Notes under the pieces: generated by a model
What the model saw: the letters and a program-made list of their open reading frames with translations, nothing else
The model's database searches: none
Told to the model about the DNA's origin: nothing
Part shown: piece after piece, positions 25,411-32,513 of the stretch
Position numbering within the stretch: position 1 is the stretch's first letter
How the letters are laid out: each line of letters opens with the position of its first letter
Translations under genes and position numbers: made by a program
Assembly (NCBI GenBank): GCA_028823175.1
Contig: JAPKBZ010000007.1
Span: 8,496-72,495 of the forward strand
DNA from: Myxococcota bacterium
GTDB lineage: Bacteria > Myxococcota_A > UBA9160 > UBA4427
DNA length: 64,000 bases
Direction: 5' to 3'

Positions 25411-25434
25411 TCCCCACGCATCTCCCCACGCATC
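25411..25434. repeat. Exact 12-bp tandem duplication (tccccacgcatc x2)
   Basis: Read directly: 25411-25422 equals 25423-25434. It lies in the divergent intergenic region between the DxDxDG-repeat gene and the patatin gene. Confidence 0.9.
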
Positions 25435-25612
25435 CCGGGTTTTTACCCCACGGGGGGTCCGTTTTTTTTCGGCCGTCTCAATCGATCCCTTGATACACCA
25501 GGATCCCCCCTCGGTCTAAGGGGTCTCCGACGCATTGCATCAGGAGGCGCTCGGCCGAGAACGGGCTGGATTCCGAGATGTTATGGGTATAGAATGACGC
25601 AATGCATCGTAA

Positions 25613-27040
25613 GTGAATCGGCACGGTGCACATCGCCAAATAAATGGGGCCATTACACCCCATTGTGTGTTTTCGGCGCAGCGGGGGATTGTTTTGGGTC
25701 TGACCTTGATTCGCAAGAGCAACGGCCGTCCGCCCCGGAAGAATCCCAAGGTGGCCCTAGTGCTCGCCGGCGGCGCGGTCACCGGCGGCGCTTTCAAGGT
25801 CGGTGGCATCGCGGCCCTCGAGAATTTTTTGGTCGACCGCGGGCTCTGCGATCTCGACACCTACGTGGGCCTCTCGGCGGGCGCCCTGCTGGCGGTTCCC
25901 CTGGCCGGTGGAATTCATCCCCACGAGATGATCCGCGTGTTGGAGGGAACCAGCGAGGATTTCGACCAGCTGCGCCCGATTGATTTCTACGCGCCCAACA
26001 TTGGGGAGTTTGCCGAGCGTCCGGCACGCCTGGCCCTGGATCTGCTCTCCTACCTGCCGGGTGTGGGGCAGGAATTTCTGCGCGGTTTGCCCAGCTTGCC
26101 CGACGCCGCGGGCGGCGTCTTTAGACGGTTTATTCGCGACACCTCCTACGCAAATTTCGAGTCCCTGGTCACCCGGATTATCGAGCACACCGCACCGACG
26201 CGGAATTTCCCCGGCCCCAGCGACTACATCCCTTCAGGCCTTTTCGACAACTCCTCCCTCGAACGTTGGCTACGGCGAAATCTCGACCGCCTCTCGATGC
26301 CAAACGATTTTCGTGCGTTCCAGCGCAAGCGGAACGTGGAGCTCTATCTAAGCGCCTGCAATCTCGACACCGCCGAGCGAGTGATCTTCGGCGGGGACGA
26401 GGTGAACGATTTGACCATCGCCCAGGCGGTTCAGGCATCGACGGCGCTGCCGATCTTCTATAAGCCGGCCCGGCTTGGCGGCGTCGACTACGTCGACGGA
26501 GGCGTTCGTCACACGGCGAATATCGACGTGGCCATCGAGAAGGGGGCCGATCTGGTCATCTGCTACAACCCTTTTCGGCCCTTCATGAACGACGTTGACT
26601 TGGCGTCCGCGTCTCGCGGTTCCGGGCGCGGCGGTGGGTTTCTCTCGGATCGCGGGGCGAAACTGGTGGTCAACCAGGTCTTCCGCACCCTGCTCCACTC
26701 CCGCCTCCAGCTGGGGCTTCAACGCTACCTCGCCGATGATTCCTTCCAGGGCGACATCGTGCTGATCGAGCCACACGAACAGGATGCCAGCTTCTTCGCC
26801 ATCAATCCGTTGGCCTTCTGGCGTCGCTCCGAGGCGATGCATCGCGGGTTCGAGTCGGTGCACCTGACCATCGAGCAGCATTTTGACGAATTGGAGGAAG
26901 TGCTGGCTCGCAACGGGCTTGAGATGAGCCGCAAGGTCGCGAATCGTCGGGCGAACCGGTTGCGCGAGGAGCACGACTGGCCGCGGCCGGCCGCCTCGAG
27001 CGTAAAGGGATCCCCCGAATTGCGGGTTGTGTCGGGTTGA
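25613..27040 (+). CDS. Patatin-like phospholipase
   Basis: Oxyanion motif LAGGAVTGGAFKVG, nucleophile GLSAG and dyad Asp in VDYVDGGV. The start is uncertain (GTG 25613, or TTG 25694 with a GGGGGA RBS). Confidence 0.85.
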   Translation: MNRHGAHRQINGAITPHCVFSAQRGIVLGLTLIRKSNGRPPRKNPKVALVLAGGAVTGGAFKVGGIAALENFLVDRGLCDLDTYVGLSAGALLAVPLAGGIHPHEMIRVLEGTSEDFDQLRPIDFYAPNIGEFAERPARLALDLLSYLPGVGQEFLRGLPSLPDAAGGVFRRFIRDTSYANFESLVTRIIEHTAPTRNFPGPSDYIPSGLFDNSSLERWLRRNLDRLSMPNDFRAFQRKRNVELYLSACNLDTAERVIFGGDEVNDLTIAQAVQASTALPIFYKPARLGGVDYVDGGVRHTANIDVAIEKGADLVICYNPFRPFMNDVDLASASRGSGRGGGFLSDRGAKLVVNQVFRTLLHSRLQLGLQRYLADDSFQGDIVLIEPHEQDASFFAINPLAFWRRSEAMHRGFESVHLTIEQHFDELEEVLARNGLEMSRKVANRRANRLREEHDWPRPAASSVKGSPELRVVSG

Positions 27041-27282
27041 GGGAATCCCTCAAGTCACCCGAGAACAAAGACAAATTTGCATTCTTCGAAAAAATCGAGT
27101 ACTCTGGTCTTTCTTGGGAGAAGTGTGCCCGCTGTCGGGTAGACGGCTGGGTCGGCTAGAAAGTGAGCCGCTCGGGGCACCCTCAAGCAGCAAGGATGGG
27201 CTGGTCAGGCCAGGTGCCGACCAAGCCGGAAGGTGAGCAATCGAGAGTAGAGATCAGTGCGAGTCGGACTCTTCCGTTGCGA

Positions 27283-27308
27283 AGACGGAATAGACGGAAT
27301 GGACGGAG
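27283..27308. repeat. 9-bp tandem repeat (agacggaat x2 plus degenerate ggacggag)
   Basis: Read directly. The acggaa units are complementary to ttccgt at 27271-27276, so alternative hairpins are possible. Confidence 0.85.
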
Positions 27309-27347
27309 TCACGCCCACGGATCGGCAACTCGCCTGCAGATAAGGGG

Positions 27348-27377
27348 CATTCGGTGCGGCGACATTCGGTGCGGCGA
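27348..27377. repeat. Exact 15-bp tandem duplication (cattcggtgcggcga x2)
   Basis: Read directly: 27348-27362 equals 27363-27377. Confidence 0.9.
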
Positions 27378-27431
27378 ATAGGCTGCAAAGAAGTCCCCGG
27401 TTCGGGCGGGCGTGAGAAGTCTAAGTTTTTT

Positions 27432-27449
27432 GGATTTAAGGGATTTAAG
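27432..27449. repeat. Exact 9-bp tandem duplication (ggatttaag x2)
   Basis: Read directly: 27432-27440 equals 27441-27449. It lies about 30 nt upstream of the NRDE gene start. Confidence 0.9.
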
Positions 27450-27478
27450 ATTTTGGAGAGGGCGAGCTAGGCAGGTCG

Positions 27479-28333
27479 GTGTGTACTTTGATTTCGATTC
27501 ATCGCACGGTGCCGGGGCGCTGGTTGGTTGTCGCGGCCAATCGGGATGAGTACCTGGACCGACCTTCGGAGCCGCCGGCGCTCAGGAGCGGGCAGGGCCT
27601 GCCGCTGATCGCGCCGATGGACATGCGGGCTGGAGGCAGCTGGATTGGACTCAATAAAAAAGGAGTGTTCTCGGCGTTGACGAATCTGCGGGATCCGAAC
27701 CCGGATCCCGGTCGCCAATCGCGGGGGCAGGTGGTGATGGACTGCCTGGCGAGGGAGAGTGCGGCAGATGCGGTAGAGGGGTTAATGGCTATCGAAGCCC
27801 GAGCCCACAATCCTTTCAACGTTTACGTGGCAGATCGTGATCAAGCTTTTCTGGTTGTTTACCGAGAGGAGCCCTTCACGGAGGAACTCGCTCCCGGGGT
27901 GCACGTGGTCGGAAACGTCGATCCGCGCGAATGCGGGAGGGGAACGGGATCCAAGGTGGACCGGGTTCGAGAGCAGGTGGAAGGAATCGTAACTCAGGGA
28001 AAAATCGAGATTGTCGACGCGCTCGGCGAACTATGTGGGTCTCACGGGAGTCAGAACTCGTCGCTCGATGATCTCTGCGTTCATGTCGGAGACACGTACG
28101 GAACCCGAAGTTCGATCCTGCTCGAACTCTCGGAAGCATCCTTTGAATCAAGCAACGGCAATCATCAGGGAATCACAGGAGGTGGGGGAAGCCAGACGAA
28201 TACCGAAGGGGGAGAAGGGGGACGTTTCTTGTATGCGGAAGGCCCCCCGTGTGTTGCCCCCTTCAAGGACTATTCCATTCTGTTGGAAGAGCTGAGGCGG
28301 ACGCCCGGCTACGCTCCGGCAGTTTTTTCGTAA
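27479..28333 (+). CDS. NRDE family protein (TANGO2/DUF833-like)
   Basis: GTG start followed by Cys2 (MCTLISIH..), the eponymous AANRDEYLDRPS motif, and GGSWIGLNKKGVFSALTN. Confidence 0.8.
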   Translation: MCTLISIHRTVPGRWLVVAANRDEYLDRPSEPPALRSGQGLPLIAPMDMRAGGSWIGLNKKGVFSALTNLRDPNPDPGRQSRGQVVMDCLARESAADAVEGLMAIEARAHNPFNVYVADRDQAFLVVYREEPFTEELAPGVHVVGNVDPRECGRGTGSKVDRVREQVEGIVTQGKIEIVDALGELCGSHGSQNSSLDDLCVHVGDTYGTRSSILLELSEASFESSNGNHQGITGGGGSQTNTEGGEGGRFLYAEGPPCVAPFKDYSILLEELRRTPGYAPAVFS

Positions 28334-28343
28334 GGGAATTGAC

Positions 28344-28670
28344 TTGAGACGAATCGGAAGCAATATCAGGAAGAAGAATTCAGAAGAGCGCTCGCACAGG
28401 CTGACCCAGAACATTATTGAGTATTCGACGGAAGAGACACCGAAGAACGATTATCCCCGTCGCATCGTTTCGCCTCCGCGTCCGGACGGTTGCTGTACCG
28501 ACAAGAATCGAATTAGTGTCGGCAGCGTGCGCGAAGTCGAAGGATTCAAGTTCTGCTACAAGGTCTGCCAGGAGTGCGGCCACGCGGTGAAGTACTTTTT
28601 CCCCGCCATCGAAACGACGAGCCAAGCGGTCAAGAAATACCGCGACAGCCAGCGCTACATGGCCCAGTAA
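28344..28670 (+). CDS. Small basic Cys-rich hypothetical protein (up to 108 aa; start uncertain)
   Basis: No ATG until the last codons; a TTG sits at 28344, 10 nt after the NRDE stop. Cys pattern is CC-x19-C-x4-C-x2-C (DGCCTDKN…FCYKVCQECGH). GC3 bias is clear in the 3' half. A strong terminator follows. GC is visibly lower than in the neighbours. Confidence 0.5.
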   Translation: MRRIGSNIRKKNSEERSHRLTQNIIEYSTEETPKNDYPRRIVSPPRPDGCCTDKNRISVGSVREVEGFKFCYKVCQECGHAVKYFFPAIETTSQAVKKYRDSQRYMAQ

Positions 28671-28698
28671 CAGGTGTAAGATCGTCTGTGGTAATTAG

Positions 28699-28734
28699 GA
28701 AGGCGGCCCTTAGCGGCCGCCTTCTCTTTTTTTT
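28699..28734 (+). terminator. Rho-independent terminator
   Basis: gaaggcggc(28699-28707) pairs with gccgccttc(28716-28724), a perfect 9-bp GC-rich stem, followed by tctttttttt. Confidence 0.8.
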
Positions 28735-28771
28735 GGAGAAGCCGAGCGAAAATATTGCCTGCGCTTGGTGA

Positions 28772-30172
28772 TTGGCCGCAGGGGTGGAGGCGAACACGGT
28801 CGTGAGTGGGCGGGTGAGTAATCTGCGCGAGGCCAGCGACTGGCTTGAAGGGTTGATCAACTTCGAGCGCGCGGGCAGCTACGCCCAGGCACGCTTAAAC
28901 CTGGGACCGATTAGGCGCCTGCTCGACAGGCTCGGGAATCCCGAGAAAACGCTGTCGATCGTTCACGTTGCCGGCTCCAAGGGGAAAGGCTCGACCTGCC
29001 TGCTCGCCGAGGCCATTCTCGGAGCCGCCGGCGAGCGGGTGGGAACGTTTACCTCGCCCCACCTCGAGAGTTGGTGCGAGCGATTTCGGATCGCGGGTCG
29101 GCAAGTCGATGGAAGCACGCTGGCCGAAGCCGTCGAAGGCGTTCGGCCCCACGTTGAGGCCCTGAAAGCCGAGGATCCCGAGAATGCCCCGACTTTCTTC
29201 GATGCCACGACCGCCACGGCGCTTCTTCTCTTTGAGCGCGCCCAGGTCTCGCGGGTGTTGCTCGAGGTTGGATTGGGCGGACGACTCGATTCGACCAACG
29301 CCGTACAACCGGCCGTCACCTGTATTACCCAAATCGAACTTGAGCACACCGAAAAACTCGGGAACACCCTGTCGGCGATTGCGGGCGAAAAGGCGGGCAT
29401 CATCAAGCCCGGCGTGCCCTGCATCGCCGGGCCGCTTGCTCCGGAAGCACGGGACGTAGTCGCCGAACGCGCGCGATCCGTGGGGGCTCCGCTCTTTGCC
29501 CTGGGTGGCGAAATCGGTGTACAGCGGCTCGAAGAGTCCGAATGGAGTCGGTACGAGGTCGGCGGAGATGTCGCTCAGGCCTTCGTCTACCGGGAGTCGG
29601 ATGGTTTCGAATTCGCGACGGGCCTGGCTGTCCTCGGCGAGCATCAGGTCGATAACGCGGCGATCGCCATCGCCGCTCTGCGCCGACTGGGCGATCGGAC
29701 GGATGGCGAATGGGCCGAAGCGGCGCGGGTTGGCCTGGCTTCGGTGCACTTGCCGGGAAGATTGGAAGTGCTCCGAGAGGCGCCCTGGCTCGTGGTGGAC
29801 TCGGCGCATACTCGGGAGTCCGCCGCTTCGCTTCGTCGCGTCCTCGACGGGATTCCTGCCGCGCGTATTCACTTCGTGCTCTCGATTTCCCGGGATAAAC
29901 CCTCGGAGGAAATCCTGACGACCTTGCTCGAAGGCGCGGACTCGGTCTGGGCGACGTGCGCCGAACCCCTGCGCTCAATGGCGCCCGAGGAGTTGGCTCG
30001 CCTCTGTGCCCGGATCGCCCCGGGCTGTCTTGTTCGATGCGAACCCGACCCGCGGGTCGCTGTGGAACTCGCTCGAGGTGTTCTGGCCAAGGATGATTTG
30101 CTCTGCTGCACGGGCTCGGTCTACCTGGCGGGGGCGGCGCGCAGCGTGCTCGGAAGCTGGGCGACGGGCTAG
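28772..30172 (+). CDS. folC: Bifunctional folylpolyglutamate synthase / dihydrofolate synthase
   Basis: P-loop VHVAGSKGKGST, Mur-ligase middle and C-terminal features (LLEVGLGGRLDSTN, DSAHT). TTG start. Confidence 0.88.
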   Translation: MAAGVEANTVVSGRVSNLREASDWLEGLINFERAGSYAQARLNLGPIRRLLDRLGNPEKTLSIVHVAGSKGKGSTCLLAEAILGAAGERVGTFTSPHLESWCERFRIAGRQVDGSTLAEAVEGVRPHVEALKAEDPENAPTFFDATTATALLLFERAQVSRVLLEVGLGGRLDSTNAVQPAVTCITQIELEHTEKLGNTLSAIAGEKAGIIKPGVPCIAGPLAPEARDVVAERARSVGAPLFALGGEIGVQRLEESEWSRYEVGGDVAQAFVYRESDGFEFATGLAVLGEHQVDNAAIAIAALRRLGDRTDGEWAEAARVGLASVHLPGRLEVLREAPWLVVDSAHTRESAASLRRVLDGIPAARIHFVLSISRDKPSEEILTTLLEGADSVWATCAEPLRSMAPEELARLCARIAPGCLVRCEPDPRVAVELARGVLAKDDLLCCTGSVYLAGAARSVLGSWATG

Positions 30173-30389
30173 CCCCGGCCCGCCCTCCAGGCGCCCGCCG
30201 TTGGCTTTCGCGGGATCGTGGCCCCTGGCAGCGTGGCTGCTTGCCTTCGTTCAAGGCCTCCTCCCCGTCGTGCTGGCCCCGGTGCGGGTTTCCCCGGGGT
30301 GTGTGCCGAGTCCACCGCAGCCTCGCTATAAGTCTTGGCATGATACAGCTTGTGGCTCAACCCCAATTCTCGCACGGACCCTCACTTCT

Positions 30390-31136
30390 GTGAGCCGGCC
30401 AGCGCCCATTCCCGGACCGAATTCGGATGCCGGTGGTCTCGCGGTTTTTTGCGATTTCGACGGCACCTTCTCCCAGCGCGATGTCGGAGCCACCCTGGCC
30501 GGGGAGTACCTGTCTCGGGCGCGCGCCGACTTACAGAAGCGCTTCGCCGACGGTGAACTCTCGGCTTGGGAGTACGCCGTCGAACTCTTTGATGGGTTCG
30601 ATTTCGGCCCGGAGCCCCTGGAGGCGTTCCTGGCGGGGATCGAACTCGACGTGGGTGCGCGCGGGCTGCTCAGTTGGTGCGAGGAGCGGGGTATCGCCTT
30701 TCGGATTCTCTCCGATGGCTTCGACTACAACCTCGAGCGCCTGCAGGCGATCCACGGGGTTCGCTTCGCGTATGCGGCAAACCATCTGGTCTTCGATTCG
30801 GGGCGTTGGCGGATTTCGCCCGGTGGCCTGAACCCCGAATGCGACTGCGGGACGGGGACCTGCAAGCGCGCGATGATCGAAGCCTATCGGCGCGATCACC
30901 CCGGCGCGTTCTGCGTGCATATCGGCGACGGAGCGGTCTCGGATCTATGCGGCGCCCGGGTCGCGGATCGCGTCTTCGCCAAGGGCTCCCTCGAGGAGAG
31001 CCTGCGGACCCAAGGCGTGGCGTGCGAGCATTTCGATGACCTTTCCGGGGTTCGCCGGGCGCTTGAGGGCGCTTTTCCCGGGGATCCGCCCGCAGGCGGG
31101 CCCGGTCGGCGGGCTTCGGGAGATTTTCGGAGCTAA
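30390..31136 (+). CDS. HAD-IB family phosphatase (MtnX-like)
   Basis: Motif I VFCDFDGTFS, motif IV IGDGAVSD and a Cys-rich insert NPECDCGTGTCK. The ORF is open from 30006 but that part overlaps folC. GTG 30390 is chosen, and the start is uncertain. Confidence 0.6.
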   Translation: MSRPAPIPGPNSDAGGLAVFCDFDGTFSQRDVGATLAGEYLSRARADLQKRFADGELSAWEYAVELFDGFDFGPEPLEAFLAGIELDVGARGLLSWCEERGIAFRILSDGFDYNLERLQAIHGVRFAYAANHLVFDSGRWRISPGGLNPECDCGTGTCKRAMIEAYRRDHPGAFCVHIGDGAVSDLCGARVADRVFAKGSLEESLRTQGVACEHFDDLSGVRRALEGAFPGDPPAGGPGRRASGDFRS

Positions 31137-31172
31137 GGTGCCGACCCGGTTTTCCTTCGGATGGGTGTTCTC

Positions 31173-32513
31173 ATGAAAATTCTGATCATTGGCGCGGGTC
31201 TATCGGGCCTGGCCGCTGCTTGGCGTCTCCAGCGGGCGGGGCATGCGGTGGAACTCGTCGAGCGCAGGGATCCGGCGACGCCGGATTGTGATTTTCCGCC
31301 GGTGCAGACCCTCCACTCCAGCGATCGCCACACGCTCAAGTGGATCGAGGAACTCGGCCTTTCCGATACCCTACTCCCCCTGCGCCCGGTTCAACTCGTT
31401 CAGGCCTGGCGGGACAGGCCCCACGCCATCGAGCCCCAGCGCCTGCTCGGGGTTGCGGCGATTTCCGGGGTGTCCCGCCGTGACAGCCTTCGGCTGATGC
31501 GCTGGTCCCGCTTGATGACGCGTTATCTCCCGCTGCTCGATCCCACGGCGCCCGAGCTCGCGGCCTCCCTCGACTATCGAAGTGTTTCGGATTTCGCGGG
31601 CCTCTATTTTGGCAAGAGCGCGTTGGATTATTGGGTGGCTCCCGAGGTCGAGGACTTTTTTTCGGGAGAGGCGAGTCAACTTTCCAGGGTGACAGCGCTG
31701 CTGCTCTGGCGCGCCCGAATGATGGATCCGCAGGGGATCACTTTTACGGGCTTGCCGCGACTGGGGCTGGGTCATCTCTTCTCGGCGGCCCGCCGGCTCC
31801 TCCCCAAGCGCTACCACGCCGTTGCGAGCGGAATCGAGGGCAGCGGAAAGCAGGGCTATAGCCTGGCCTGCGAGGGGTCAGCTCCGGCCTCGCTTCAGGC
31901 GGACGCGGTGGTCCTCGCGACTTCCCCCGGCGAAGCGAATCGCCTTGCACCTTCTCTTCTGCAGCCCGCCGAGCGCGACTACCTGGGGGCCGTGCGCGAG
32001 CGCCCCTCGGTGACCCTCACCGCCGAACTCGAACGCGTCCCGGGCGGCATGCCCGAGCGCGTCCGTCTGCCTCGGGGCGAGGGTTTTTCGGCGGGGAGCA
32101 TCGTTTTCGAGCCCGGGCTCCCGGGGACTCGGGGCGGGAGCGGCGCTGGGCTGGCCACGGTCCGGAGCCGAGAGTCCTTCGCCATCGGCGCCCGGGAGGT
32201 CTCCGATGATGCGGTGGTCACGAGCCTGCTCGCCGACCTCAAGCTTCTTTATCCCGCGCTTTCGGGCAATCTGGGGAAGCTTCACCTGGCGCGCAGGGAG
32301 GCGGGTATCCCGGCTTTCGACGTGGGAGCCTATCGGGGCCTCGAACGTTTCCGGAGGGTCCAGGCGGATCGTCGCGCCCTCGGGCGCCGGCTCTATTTCG
32401 CCGGCGACTACCTGGTGGCTCCGGGCGTCGAGGGGGCCGTGGTCTCAGGTTTTCGCGCGGCGGCCGACTTGCTCGCCGATGCGGCGGAAGGCCCGTCCGA
32501 GGACCGTGGTTAG
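31173..32513 (+). CDS. FAD-dependent oxidoreductase (protoporphyrinogen/amine oxidase-like)
   Basis: Rossmann motif MKILIIGAGLSGLAAAWRLQRAGHAVELVE and C-terminal FAGDY motif. An alternative ATG lies at 31161. Confidence 0.75.
   Translation: MKILIIGAGLSGLAAAWRLQRAGHAVELVERRDPATPDCDFPPVQTLHSSDRHTLKWIEELGLSDTLLPLRPVQLVQAWRDRPHAIEPQRLLGVAAISGVSRRDSLRLMRWSRLMTRYLPLLDPTAPELAASLDYRSVSDFAGLYFGKSALDYWVAPEVEDFFSGEASQLSRVTALLLWRARMMDPQGITFTGLPRLGLGHLFSAARRLLPKRYHAVASGIEGSGKQGYSLACEGSAPASLQADAVVLATSPGEANRLAPSLLQPAERDYLGAVRERPSVTLTAELERVPGGMPERVRLPRGEGFSAGSIVFEPGLPGTRGGSGAGLATVRSRESFAIGAREVSDDAVVTSLLADLKLLYPALSGNLGKLHLARREAGIPAFDVGAYRGLERFRRVQADRRALGRRLYFAGDYLVAPGVEGAVVSGFRAAADLLADAAEGPSEDRG

Noticed and set aside
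25613-27040. Patatin gene as a CBASS or other defence-system effector
   Set aside because: No cyclase, E1/E2, sensor NTPase or other signature partner occurs within several kb on either side.
27283-27449. CRISPR-like interpretation of the short tandem repeats
   Set aside because: The units are 9-15 bp and directly adjacent with no spacers. The three repeat types are unrelated, and no cas genes are nearby.
27041-27478. Known structured RNAs in the large intergenic gap (SRP/4.5S RNA, RNase P, tmRNA, 6S, cobalamin/TPP/c-di-GMP riboswitches)
   Set aside because: There is only a loose resemblance to the SRP helix-8 motif (ccggaaggtgagca against CCGGAAGGAAGCAGC). The surrounding sequence does not close into the expected helix. 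RNase P (GGAAAGUCC, ACAGAAxCCGGCUUA) and tmRNA terminal motifs are absent. I cannot run covariance models, so the region is left as an unassigned candidate RNA or regulatory region.
27041-28770. Genomic island or mobile element at the lower-GC segment
   Set aside because: No integrase, transposase, tRNA attachment site or flanking direct repeats were found. The compositional dip is modest and was judged by eye only.
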